Virus record (IMG/VR): IMGVR_UViG_3300049491_000465
Location: 13,885-77,884 of that record
Source: a virus
Strand: one strand, 5' to 3'
Length of the DNA: 64,000 nt
This document shows positions 17,160-31,100 of the stretch, piece by piece (position 1 is the stretch's first letter; every line of letters begins with the position of its first letter). Position numbers and translations under genes: made by a program. The notes under the pieces were generated by a model. The model saw only the letters and a program-made list of their open reading frames with translations. It was not told where the DNA came from and made no database searches.

Positions 17160-19106
17160 ATGGCGTTAGTGGATTACATGGGTGATGCTCCTGGTTTTAT
17201 GTCTTATAGAAGACAGCCTACTAAGAACATGACCGCTATACCACAGCGTCAAGTTCCTGCACAAAAGGAATTCAAACAAGAAGACTACGATATAAAAGCT
17301 GAAGGTCTCCCTGGTGATAAACAAGTTGTTTATAATCAACAAAAATCATTTAATGATGGTCTTAAATCTTTATACAATCAGTATGGAGGTGAAATGGATT
17401 GGGTTACATCTGATCCAAGATACAAGGAACTTGTTAAATCCCAGGCTTACGCTGTTTATTCTGCTGATGCCGCTGTTCATAACGAAGAGAATGTTAAGGC
17501 AAGAAAAACAAAACTAAACGACGAGAATAGCGGTCATCATGGTAGTGATTTAGAGCTTGTCAGAAATCAAGATGGAACAATGTCTCCTAAAATAGGAGGC
17601 TTAGAGTCCGGTTACTTGAATAAAGAACAATTCGTTCAGCATGTAAGTGAAAATCCTAATTACAAAGAAATGCCTGATGGAAGTCTTGGTATTGGATATG
17701 TTGATTTCGATGAATCGGTTGGTTCAGGAAAAGCTTTTCACGAGATGCTTGATGGTGTTTATAAAGGAGGTGCATTAGGTGTAACAAGAAATGCAAGAAG
17801 TCTATCTGAGACTGAGAACACGAAAGTTACTGAAGGAATGAATTTTGCTGTGAATCATTTTGTGAAACATGGTAGGGATTATTCAGCAAATTTTGATCAA
17901 TTACAAGATGCAACAGACTATTTATTAAGATATGGAATGAATGAAAGTCAAGAGACTTTTCTTTGGCAATCATTTTTTAAAGACGCTCAAAAGGGACGAG
18001 AATTCAATATGCCTAAATTGGATGAGAATGGTAAAGTCGTAACTAAAGATGGTCAAATGGTTATGGATAAAATCTATCCTACTGATGCAGATCTAAATGA
18101 TCCTGCAAAGAAAAAGGTTTTATTCAACGTATATGTTCAAGATAGAATAATAGATTATTCTAAAAAATTCAAAACATCAAGTTCGGAAAGAGATGATCAA
18201 GAGCGTTTTGGTTATCAAAATTTTGATCCAGGAACAGGTCAGCCAATAGTTAATCAACAACTTCCTTGGTGGGCTAATGTTCAGTCAGGTCAAGGACCTG
18301 CCGGTGAAGGATTTAAAAAGAAAGAAACATACCCAACCTCTTCAACAAGTGCATATAGTCCAAGTTTATCTGGAAATCCAGAGAAACTCGAAGGAGATGT
18401 AATTGTTTATAATAGATCAAATACTTCAAGTCAGTATATGGATCAAGCGGAAAAATCACTAATAGGAAATACTCTTGGGGAGATATCCGATGGAGGTCAT
18501 TTTTTTGTAGGTAAACACCGCCAACCATTAGGAGGATTAAAAGATGTTACTATTTCTAAAGTAAAAGATATCCGACAAGTTCCAAGCGGAAAAATGGTAA
18601 AAGATCCTAAGACAGGAAAAATGGTTCCTGGAACAACTTGGGCTGCAAGAGTATTTATTGCTGCTGATGATGATTCTGATCTATTTGACAACTTAGAATA
18701 TTGGGATGGAGCTGATGGTTCTATAAAACCAATTGCTACCGAAGGATTTTTCGGAACGGATTACAATGATGAGCAAGCTCAACATATGGGTTATATTGTG
18801 GAAATGGATCGTTCTATTGCTGAAAGTGATAAACTAATCATTAATGGTGACGAAGGTTCTTCATTGGGTGGTGGATCTCTTCTTGGAGGTGGAAGTGGAA
18901 AAGTTAAAGGTATTTGGGCTGATATTCCTGTTTCAGGTTATACAATGGCTGGATTCGATCAAGCTGGTAGACCTGAGAGTCAAAAATGGAGATCAGAAAA
19001 AATACAAGTTGGTGCTAGTCAAAAAGCTCACGCTATTCATAACGCTCAAAACCAGAGAAGTCAATATGGACAATCTTCAGGTGCGGTTTGGGTTCCGAAA
19101 AAATAA
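17160..19106 (+). CDS. Putative ejected cargo protein
   Basis: 648-aa ORF directly upstream of the virion RNAP; GLPGD motif near the N-terminus. Confidence 0.55.
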   Translation: MALVDYMGDAPGFMSYRRQPTKNMTAIPQRQVPAQKEFKQEDYDIKAEGLPGDKQVVYNQQKSFNDGLKSLYNQYGGEMDWVTSDPRYKELVKSQAYAVYSADAAVHNEENVKARKTKLNDENSGHHGSDLELVRNQDGTMSPKIGGLESGYLNKEQFVQHVSENPNYKEMPDGSLGIGYVDFDESVGSGKAFHEMLDGVYKGGALGVTRNARSLSETENTKVTEGMNFAVNHFVKHGRDYSANFDQLQDATDYLLRYGMNESQETFLWQSFFKDAQKGREFNMPKLDENGKVVTKDGQMVMDKIYPTDADLNDPAKKKVLFNVYVQDRIIDYSKKFKTSSSERDDQERFGYQNFDPGTGQPIVNQQLPWWANVQSGQGPAGEGFKKKETYPTSSTSAYSPSLSGNPEKLEGDVIVYNRSNTSSQYMDQAEKSLIGNTLGEISDGGHFFVGKHRQPLGGLKDVTISKVKDIRQVPSGKMVKDPKTGKMVPGTTWAARVFIAADDDSDLFDNLEYWDGADGSIKPIATEGFFGTDYNDEQAQHMGYIVEMDRSIAESDKLIINGDEGSSLGGGSLLGGGSGKVKGIWADIPVSGYTMAGFDQAGRPESQKWRSEKIQVGASQKAHAIHNAQNQRSQYGQSSGAVWVPKK

Positions 19107-19136
19107 TGTTTGTTTTGAATTTTAGAATAATTAAAT

Positions 19137-22100
19137 ATGGCAGAAGATCAATTATCGAATGAAGCTCAAGACTTAGAGCTTCCTCAAGATCCTATTCAGG
19201 AAACATCTGTTCCGGAATCATCTATTCCAGAGGCAGATCCTCCAGTTAAAAAATCATATTCAGTTCCAAAAGAGCATGTTGACTTTTATGGATTAACATC
19301 CATATATGGAAATTCTGATGCTGATGTTTTTGAAATGCAAAAAACAAAACCTCAGAAGATATTATCCATGATGCCGAAGGAAGAGGCTTTCAAACATTAT
19401 TCTGAAGAGGCTAAACGAATGGGTCTTGATTGGACTCCAGAGAAATTCGAACAAGATTATTCTTTTCGTGAAAAACAATATGCTAATTATAAAAAAGGCG
19501 TGTTTGATCATGGTACTGGATTTGACCATACATTCAATAGAAGTTGGTCGAATCTTTTCGCAGACATGATATCTCCATACGAATTCAATCCATCAAGTGC
19601 ATGGGTAAAAGTCAATCCTCTTGATACTCAATTTATACATGAAGACGGAGAGCTTAAACGTGTAAAAACAAAAGATGAATCCATGTATGATCTTGGGTTT
19701 GTTTTGACTGATATTCAAGGTGATAAAGTAAAAAACGTATATGGTGATTACGTTAAAAACGAAAGGAAATATAAAGAAATAGAGATCGGTGGAAGAAAAA
19801 TGAGAGTTCTCGATCTTGAAGCTCATAAAGATGATTTCTTTAATACTTCAAGAAACAACCCTGGTCCTGAAGGGAATACTGTTCTTGTTGCTTCTGAACT
19901 TCCAGACGGAACTCCAGCTTGGAAAGAAGAGACCATCGGTAAAATATCCGGTAAAGTTCATAGTGATGAAGTTGCCAGTGTTTACGGGCCAAGATCAATG
20001 AGACAATCATGGCATGAAAATCTATGGATGGCTTCACTTCCAAATGCAGCAGCTTCTATTCAAACATCTATTGTCGGTTTTGCTGATTATATTAAAGATG
20101 CTTTTGGATATGGAAATGTTTATCTAAAAAATATGACTGGCGGTATTGGATCGACAGAATCCATTAGTGCGTTATATCAGGCTGGAACACCAGACTGGTT
20201 AGATAAAGCAGATAAAGAGTATAGGGATCATGCTGCTTGGATGAAGCCTAAAGCACCAGAGAATGTTCGTGGTGCTGGTGCTTTTGATAGTGCTCAATCT
20301 TTCGCTTGGAGCGGAGGGGCTGTTGCTGGTGAATTAATTAAAATGATAGCAGCAAGAAACTTCTCTTCATGGGCTGGAAAAACAGTTGGCATGACTCAGA
20401 TGGGTGCTGCTAAACTTGGAGGATACATGGGTTCTGGAACCATGGCTATTTCTGCTGCTGATCAATTTAAGCAATCAATGATTGATAATGGTATATCTGA
20501 GGATAATCAATTCCTTCTGTATGGTCCAGCATTAGTTTCTTCATTTTTTGTTGAACGACTTGGCGGTAACATCCTTGATGATGGACTCAAATCATTCTAT
20601 GCTAAACAGAATGTTAAAAAATATGTTGATGAAGGGATTCAGGAACAAGTTAAATTGTTCGGATTAAAATCTGCTTCTGAAATGTCAAAAGAACAAGTTA
20701 GATCAACTGGTAAAGTTGTATGGAATAAGATTTTCGATGCAAGTAAGTCGATGGGTGCTTTAGGTGTTAAGGCCGCTGGTGTTGCTGAGAAATATGCCCC
20801 TATATCTATTAAAGCTGCATGGGAGGAAGGAATGGAAGAAGCTGTTGAAGGAAGGATTTATACTGCTTTAGAAACTATTCACGATATGCATCAGGCTCAT
20901 GATGCAAGAATGGGTAAAGATCTTGATCGATACACATATTCTTCATCTCCAGATGAAAAGAATTTTTATGAGGTAGACCGTCTTACTGGAATCAAAAGAA
21001 AGATTAGTTCTGAAACATACGAAAAGATGTCTTCAGCTCAAAAGATTAAGCCTGGAAACGGAATGTTCGGAGAGTATAATCCTGAGCTTGGTCTTATTTC
21101 TAACTGGACAAATAGAGCTACCGAAGGTCTTGTTGAAGACTTTGTTCTTGGTGCTTTTGCTGGTGGATTAATGACTGGTGCTGGAAAGCTTACTAATGGA
21201 AAAGATGCTCAAAAAGAAAAAACTCTTCAAGATTATGTTGTCCGTGGAAATGGCGATATAATGAGAAGTAAGTTTGCAGAGATGCATGAGAAGGGTCTTT
21301 TTGGACCAACAGACATAAACACTCAAGATAAAGTTCATAACCCTCAAGATGAGAATTCTTTAAGTCTTAATGACATGGGTTATCAAACTGCTTTGAAAGA
21401 ACTTGAAGAAGCTGAATTAACTTTTAAGTTAACTGGACTTGAAGGAGATGCTCTTAAAGAAATGATGGAGTCTGAATACGGACATTCTCTTCTGAAGGAG
21501 GCTTATAACAATGTGGGCAAACAAAGAGATCTTCAGTCTGAAATAGATGATATTAATAAAGAGATGTCTGAAACAACAGACCCTCAATTAATCAAGAATC
21601 TTCAAGAAAAAATTACTGATAAAACAAGGTTAAAGGAAGACTTGAATATTCAGTTGGGAGAGATCAGATCTGGAGATCGTATGATTCAAAGTGTTTCTGA
21701 TTACGCTATAAAAGATTGGAGCTCACAAAACAATACTGGTATCATCGATCCTAATGGAAATAAAGTAACTCCTGGTATAGCAGAATTGAAAAACGTAAGT
21801 GATCGTTACGATTCTAAGAAAGCTGCTGAGATTGAAAAAATAAATGAAGCGAAATCAAAAAGAGTACAGCTTGAAAATGAGGTCGGTTCTTTTTCTAAAT
21901 CAAAAATAGATCCATTAAGTGCTGAATCAAATGTTTTTGAAAAGATCTCTGATATTCAGATAAAAGCTTCTGAAGTTGGTTTATCTGAATCCGGAACTAA
22001 ATCAATGATGGATAAACTTCAAGGTATTCGAAAAGATATTTTGAGAGGTATCGATCAATTTTTTACAGCGGAACAAATAACTGAAGCAGAAACGTCTCCT

Positions 22101-25100
22101 GATGAAGAAGCATTAATGACTATGGCTAAATCTGGAATAGCTGGTTCTGATGCTGAAAAGATTGCTAAAACTTATGATGATCTTGATAGATCAATTAAGT
22201 CATTCAATGTTGATAAGAAGCCGGAAATAAAAAAAGATGACTTTGTTCAATGGACTCAATCTGGTCAATCACAATTTGATCAACCCAGAAAAGTTACGAA
22301 GATTTCTGATGACGGTGAATTTGGATTTGTAGAAGGATCTGATACTGGAATTCCTATTTCTCAATTACATGATCCAAATTACACAGGGGGTCGTGTTCGT
22401 GGATCTATTCCTGAATCTTTTGATGAATCTACATTTAAAAGAAACTTCTACGACACTTATATTGATACTCAAGGAAATGAGGTTAGTATCAATCAAACAA
22501 TGTCAGATCTCGCAAGTAGAAAAATGAATAGTGAAGATGAGAAGACTATTGAACTTTTGAATCAAGCTATTTCAAATAATGATTACCTGGCAAATGTTAA
22601 TCACAATGTTTTAAAGGATCTTTCAAGCAGTAAAGATATTAATCTTGGTAAATACAAGCCTTCAGATGAGTCTATCTTAAATGATGATGAGTATAAAGCT
22701 GTAATAAATGATCTTGCAGATAAAAAGAATAGACTTAGAGATCTTTCTGAAGTTCAAAAAAAGGATGCTAATAACAAAAAGAATAGAGAGGGAAAGCTTC
22801 GTTATAACGATTACAAAATGCGTAATGACATTCTTGTTCTCGCATCTAATGTTGAGCATATTTCTCTTGATTCAAGAAACGAAATAGCAAGATTAAAAGC
22901 TCAGATATCAGAAGCTTTAGATTTGATTAAAGATAGTTATAGTAGTGAAAAGCAATACAAAAGAGAATATCTTGATCAAGTCGATCCGTTACTTGTAAAG
23001 GCTGAAACTATTCTTCATTATGAATTTAATGGAGATAATAGAATTGAAATAATTGAAGGTATAACTGCTCAGTTTAAGCAGTATAAAGGATATGGTCCTT
23101 ACAAGTCTCAAATCTATCACAACGCAAGTGAGTTTGTAATGCATGATTTTGAAAATGTTTTTGATTACAGTTCTTTTAGTGAACAGGTGGTTAACAACGG
23201 AAAATCTAAAGGGGCTGCTTTTATGGCTAACATTCAGTTTGCCAATACATATTTCACAAATCATCTTCAAACTATTGATCGATTGGATCCTAAAAGATTC
23301 TTTGATTTTTATGCGAATTCTGTTGCTGGATTAGATTTAGAATCAGGTCAAGTTCCTTCTTATGAACAGATTAAATCGATCTATCATACTACTGCATTCA
23401 TGTCAAATCAGAAGACTGATCTTCTTTGGAAGGTTCAGGATATTCTCACTGGTGCAAAGAATGAGAAGTCAAAGGAGATGCATTTCAATAGAGCATTATT
23501 TCTTCGTGGATTTGCTGGAACCGGAAAGACATCTTTAGTAATTAAATATGCTTCGAACATATTCTCTGATATGAACCAGAGAGATTTGGTTATAGATGTT
23601 GTTGCACCAAGTACAGAGCTTCAAAAATCATTGAGTTCAAATCTTGTTTCCTTTAGATCAAATTCTACTAATCCGAGTATGGATTATTATTCATTAGTTG
23701 ATCACATCTTAAACCCTAAGTCAACTATTGACAAAACAGATTTGATTATAATTGATGAGGCATCTAATTTAAGCAAGAGTCAATTGAAAGATCTTAGAAC
23801 TGCATTGAGCAAGTCTCGTGCAAGCAAAAGACTTTCTGTAATATTCCTTGGTGATCAGTCTCAAATGACATCTGTAAACAGTACAGTGAATGAGCTTGTT
23901 GCTGTTGAGAGAATCATGGAAAGAACAATGCCTACAACTGAGGTATTTCGTTCTGGTGCTGCTGACATTAGTAATCTTCAGAACTCATTCCGTAGCTCAA
24001 CATTCCAGAGAAAAGAAGCGATTCTTCCGAAAGGAACTTACGATAAGGAAAAGAACAATGGTCTTCATTATTTTGGAGGTACAAAAAAAGAAATGTACGA
24101 TCAATTCATTTCTGACTTAAACGACGGTGGTGACTTTAAAAAGAACAACACAGCATTGATTGTTTACAAGAAATCTGATCGTGAAGCTGCTATGAATTAT
24201 GTTCGTAAAGCTTTAAAGGATGGATCTTTTGATCTTGATTCAAAAATCAAAACAATTGAAGAGGGTGAATTCTCTGCTCAAGGTCTTGGGTATGGAAGAA
24301 TTTATGTAGCAATTGATCAAGCTGATGCTGCTCATTTGTATAACCCAGCAATGCTCACTGCTATTTCCAGAGCAAAAAGAATTGATGATGAACATAATGG
24401 TTTTGCTTCAGTTCTTTCCACAAGAGGATTTAGCCAGGAAGGATCTCCTCTTATTGTTGAAACAAAAACTGCTTCTGCTGAAGATATTGAACGTCACAAA
24501 TCTTGGGTATCATCTATCATAGGTATGCCTGTTGAGTCTTCTGACAAAGCACAAAAAGAAGCTTCATCTACAATTTCTGATGTTACCAGTGCAAACTTCA
24601 ATTCATTAAAATCGAACCTTAGTTCCATTTTAGGAAAAGGAAAAATTGAATTTACTGAAGGAGGCTTTATTGCTGATGGATTAAGATTCAGATACAAAAT
24701 AAAAAACAAACCGGTTCAATCTGTAACTCAAAAATTATCTTCAGCAACATCTCAATCTGAGACAGATAGAACATTGGATCCTCATGCTAAAAGAGGAAAT
24801 GCTGTTCATAGAATTGTTGAAGCACATTTGTTAAAGCAACAAAAGAAAGGTGGTAAACTGTTTACCAAACAAGATATTGATGCCATCAAAGGGTATGTGA
24901 AGAGTTATAACGATCAGGTAGCTAAATGGAATGAATTGGCTAAACCTGAATCAAGACTTCAAACTATCGATCTTAATAACGATGAGGCTACATTTGAGAC
25001 TAATAAGTTTATCCAGGATGTGATAAGTAATGTTGCAATTCCTATTGCAAACAAACTTAATCAAGGAGGTAAGTATTCTATTCCGGAATCTGTTATTGGT

Positions 25101-28100
25101 ATTTATTACAATGACATTGCTGGAACCATTGATATTATCGATCATGTTGGAATGGATGGTGACATCCCTGTCGTTGACATTCTCGACATCAAAACACTCA
25201 CTCCTTCAGCATACAAGTTTTTTGGTGATGGAAATGTTGAATCAAAATTAAAGCTTCCAATAATCACTTCTCCGACTGGTGAAACTTATGCGGCAAGCGG
25301 ATTGAATAAGGCTCTTTCTCAATTAGCAACATACAAAGCTATGCTTGAGAATGGAGATACTGAGACTGGTTTTAAACCAATGAAAGTTCGTAACGTAACA
25401 ATCATTAAATCAAGTTTGACCGGTGCAAATGAAGTGTCTTCAATTGTGAATGATGATTTTGTAACATACGATACTGAATCTTCTGACTTCAAGAAGTTTA
25501 AGGATTACGGTGATATGACTGTAAGTAATGGTGTTATTCTTCAAAACAAGAATACTCGTAACTATGATCCAAGTGATGAAGCATTAGGTTCTTTGATAAC
25601 GACTCCTGAAGGAAGTTCCGTTGAAGTTACTGGAAGCTTTAAAGATGTTGATGGAAATCAGTCTTATGAATTAAACAACGACATCAACAATCCTGTGTCT
25701 TCTGATAAGTTTTCCGAATTGGAGTTAAATAACATTTCTAAGGAAATATCCGAAGATCCAACAATGATGAATAGCGAGAGAGTTTACAAACGATCTGCTG
25801 TAAGTCATTCAAATGGAAACACTTTCTCTTTCTCTACCGCTTCAACTTCTGTTGATAATGGTAAGCCTGGATATGCAAATGATCACTTTAAATTCAAATC
25901 TGAATTCATGAAGGTCATTGCTCCAAAGATGAATTTCGGTTCTCCAAATGCACCGAAAGTAAATATGGTATTCCATCCGGAGCTTCAGTTATTAAATGAC
26001 AAAGGTGAACTACAAATGTTCAAGAATGTTGTTGCTTCATACATATCTGAAGATTCTATTTCTGATATAGTTAAAGCCGCTAAGACTTTGCCTTGGGCTA
26101 CTGGAATGACAGATGCTCAGATCATGAAGGAAATAAAAGATCGTAACTATTTGTTGCTTTCAACTCTTCCTCATCCTGATTCTAATTTCGGTAAAACAGA
26201 GCGTGATATCGATTATACCGATCAGGCACAAGTTCAGAAATTGATTGAAAGAATCAAGAATGGATTTACTACCGATGGTGTTGCTGATAAGTTCAAACCA
26301 CAATTAGTTCAATACCATACAGATCTTGTTTCATACAGATCTTTAGGTGCTAAGAATCCAGGTGAAGTATTTGCTACTGTTAAGCTCAAAGGTCTTTCTA
26401 ATCCATCTGTAATCTATGATGGAAAGCAAAGATCAATGGACTCTCTTCTTACAGGTTTAAGTGCTAAAGGATTCAAAATTGGAAAACCATACTTTGGATC
26501 AAAACTTTACCAAAAGGTAGATGCTAATGGTAAGGTTTCGAATATTGCATCTTGGGCCGTTGATGTATGGAGAGTTTCTCCTTCAGTTGATTCTTCAAGA
26601 ATAATTTTAAGAACCGGTGAATTTGATGATAATCATTACAGTGAGTTAAAGAAAAATATTAGTGATTTAAGATCTAATAAAGCATTGACTCATGGTGAGA
26701 TAAATCAATCATTGGCAATGGGCTTTATTCTTCAGAATAGATCATTCTTGATTGATCCAACAACCGGAAAATTAACAGAAGAGATTCCTGGATTATCAAA
26801 CTTTATAAAAGTTGATGGCCATACAATTGATCTTAATGTTGATGGTAAAAAAACAATTCCAGCATTAATCGATTCTTTATCAAAAGCTATTGACTTGTTG
26901 AATGGTTCAAGAAAATCAAACAATAAAGTAGCCAAGAATTTACGTCAGTCAGTTCCTTTTGTGATTGGAGATAATAACATGCGTGTTATCCCTTCCGGAA
27001 TGGAATCTAAGCTGTTCACATCTGCATCTGATGTTCATTCCTTTGGAATTGAATTAGGAATGTCTGTCGTTAAAACAGAATCAGAAACAGGTGTTTATGG
27101 AGGTATGACATCTCCATCTAAAAGCGATGAGGATTTATTGAAAAACATGGGTATTATTGATCCTAATCCTAATAAGGGTGGTATAGCATTCATGGAAGAT
27201 ATTGAGGAAGAACCAGGCATTCCATTGAGCGGCCATGAGTCTTCTTCAGATCCGGATTCCACACCAGTAAATGAGAAGGATCGTACATTCTACGATTTTG
27301 CTACAAGATACTTTGGTGACATTCGTATTATGAATGAAATCAAAAAAGATGTTTCAAGAATACTGATCCAGAATTCAAATTACAATCGTGATTTGAATAC
27401 TCCTACAATGTCTAATACTGACATGCTCGCAAAAGCTTGGGACCATTATTCAAGATTGTCTGCGTTGATCGCAAAAGATTACAGTTCTATTGATGTGAAG
27501 AGTGGTAACAATCATTACACTAATCTTTCAGAAATCTCTGGAGATACGGCACATCTTTTATATGAGGATAAATCGGCATTTTCAAGATACTTCAATTATG
27601 CAGTAGGATCTGATCAAGAGTTATTTTTTGCTATTGTTGATCGTGCACTACCAAACTTGAATATCAAGAAAATGAATAAGCTTGATATTGGAGAAGCTCT
27701 TGCTTTAAGAATGAACTCTTTCCTTGATCGTGATGCTGAAGGTGTTACAGAAGAAGAAAAGGATATCATGTCTGCCAATGAAAACAGTCAGACGAGTGTA
27801 ATGGATAGTATTAATTCCAGAGCATTCACTGATACTCTTTCCGGGTTTGTTCATCTAATGAAAAACCATGTTAAGCTAAAGGAATACTCAATTGATCCTA
27901 AAACAGGTGATCTTGTTGGTTCTGAAACTGGAGGATATATTAATCCTAAAACTATCGAAAAATCACTTGTTGATTCAGCTCAAACATCTTCTCCATTAAA
28001 AGGAGACTTGATGGAACAATGGGTTAATAATTTCTTAGAAATTGCTAATCGATCTGGAGTTGGTTCTCCGACGTACAATCACTTAATGAGTTTTCATGAC

Positions 28101-31100
28101 GATTTCTTTGGAGATCAAATGTCCCATAAATATCTTCGTGACAATGCTATTAGAACCGGAGGAGAAAGTTCTTTGATAGAAATTAAGACTGGTGCTAATC
28201 CTGAGATTATTAAAGCAAAAGCAAAAGCTTCAAGCGACCTGCTTAGTGCATTATACTCTCATATGGTATCTGTTTCCAGTAAGAAGTACATAAAGATGAA
28301 TTTGAATTCTTCTGGTGATAAAATTTCCAGAAAGATAAAAACTCAGTCTCTTGCTGTTGGGGTTCAGGTTGTTCAGGATATTAAATCAAGAATGAACAAT
28401 GCGTTATTCTCAATGTCAGAGAATGGTATTGAAATTAATCCAAAGGTTTCTGAGCTTATCACTGAGGGTCAAAACCAAAGATACAGGATCAATTCAAGTG
28501 GTGTATTCGATTTGGCTGGAGGTAAAGCTACTAAGCTGATCGGTTTCACAACTCAAAATGGAAAAATAGTAGACTTTGTTATTCCAGATGGAATTGCCAG
28601 TCAGGACATTAAAGATTTGCTGAATATAATCAACCTTAAAGGTGATGTTGTCTACACAACAACAATCAAAACCTATATGGGTAATGAATCAGACAGTAAT
28701 CCGGATCCTGAAAAAAGAAGAGATCGAAGCAAGATTGCTGAGATTGTCGGTATGTTCATGTTGACAACTAAGAATGCTGTTAATCCATCTCCTTCAGAAA
28801 CATCTCTTTTAGATGCTTATTACAAGGAAAACGGATATACAAAAGACTCTCTTGATGATTTGAATGATGACGGAACAGTTGACATGGAGAAAACTGGAAC
28901 AGACATCTACAAGCCAACAGATCTTTATCGATTGATTGAGAATCTTGCAAAAGTTCAATCTGAAATCGGATTGAATAATCATGCTGATTTCTTCTACAAT
29001 GTAAATGGAGATAAGGTTTACAAGCATACTAATGGGAATACATTCTTGAGATTATTCAGTAATGCTGATGTTGGTGATAAACTTCCTACATCAAACATTA
29101 AAGAATACTATAAGGAATTCGTTCTTTCTGATCAGAACATTGAAAACATCATCTACAATCCAAATGTCGCAAGAGCAAATGATGGTAAGATTAAAGTTCT
29201 TAACACATTAATGGATCCGAATTCAGATCATCATATCATGGATGCTTATGTTGTTGACGGTACGGAGGGTAACTTCAAGTCTGTTCAACAGGGTAAATCA
29301 ATGACCGATATGGATTATGTAGATTTCTCCATAAACGGAATGTTTGTTGACGATATTTTGAGTGGTAAAAAGATTCAGAATATTAGACTTCCTTATCATC
29401 AGATATCAAACAAGTCAGCTTATGTTGCAGAACATAATTTCGGAAGCAATAAATTTACCCATACAGAAAATGGTATAATTGCTGATCGTGCATGGATAAA
29501 TGAAAATATTAGTAAGATATTTTTCTACCATAATAGTGCCAGAAGAGTCTCTTATCTAAGATGGAGAAACGCATTGGTATCCATGGGTTTTAATGTTGAC
29601 AGAACAACATTTGAAGGATGGATGACTGATCCTCAATCTTTTAAAAACACTTTATCCATGGCTTCTCAAAGTCTTGGAAAAGTTAATAAAGGTGCGAGCT
29701 TTAACGATTTCATTACAGGTAGTACTGAACTTGTTGAAAATCGTGACTACAAAATAGGTAGAGATGGATCTGTTCTTCCGGGTAACGCTCCAATGATGAC
29801 TATTGACAGTGTTTACAATTGGAAAAACTTCAATAAATTAAAAGAGGCCAGTGCTGGTGTTTCAGGACTTACTGTTGATGAATTGATCGATTCTTTATTC
29901 TACAAAAGACATATTGATACAGCTTCACATTTCTCAAGAAATGGATTCAAACTTGATCAAAGATTAAATAATAACAACTGGTTGTTAAAGCAATCTGATA
30001 AGAAGAATGCAAAAGGATTCAGTATTTGGAAAGTCAATCCTACTCTTGAATCTTATTTGTACGCTTGGCATATTGCTGATCACAACTTGAGTCAGCTCAC
30101 AATGGGAGACGCTTCTCAGTACAAAGATATTTCTGATGTAATTAAAAGAAGCTCTGGTCCATTCGCTCAATCATGGAGACCAGATACAAGTTCACCTAAT
30201 GGAATTGGTAAGTTCTCCAATGCTGTTATAATTGAGGATATTCAAGGTGAAACATACGAACAACTTGAAACGATATTTGGTCAACCAGGAAATCATGTTG
30301 AAACAGATGGTCTTGGTATAATCAATCCTATTTCTTTGACGATAATGAAAAATTCTTACGGTGGTGAGGAGCTTGGAGTTATTGGAAAAGGAATGCTTAA
30401 ACCGGTTTACTTTAAACCAGACATGAATACCAATGATGCTGTTTATTTTAAATATGCATTATTACCATTAACACAACAAGTTCTTGAGAACTCTTCAATT
30501 GCAAGAGAGACCTTCAGAAAGATGGTTACTCCAGAAATGTTCGAGATGTGGCAATCTGGTAAGACATTCGATGAAATAGCTGATTACGTCGTTGAAAATG
30601 GATTACAGCAAGACATGTTAATGCAAGCTGTTTTCAAGTCTGGTAACAAAACCGGTAATCGTGGTGTTCAAAAGTTCGATTCTCCGGAGTGGACTACATC
30701 TGTTGAGGTTGATAATGACTTCTTTGGTATTCAGTTGAATCCTTCTCAAGATGTTGAGAGTACTGAGAATATGGCTGGTCCATCTCAGCTTAATGCAACT
30801 CTTGGAATAGGAAGTCAAAACACTGAAAGAGTTAGTGCTTTAAATGAATTGAAAGCCGGGATTGCTGTCGATGCTTTAGCTAAAATGAAAGGCGACTTTT
30901 CTACCGATGGTAATTTTGACCCTAAAAAGTTTGAAGATTATCTTCGTAAGATTGGCCAGAAATCATCTGAGAAAACTGGTGAGATAACTAAGTTCGCTGA
31001 GATGTTGTACGATGATAAGGTTGATTTGAACATACCTACTCAACGAACAAAACTTATTCAAATGTATATGAACCGAATTACATCAGACGTAATTAGTCCA

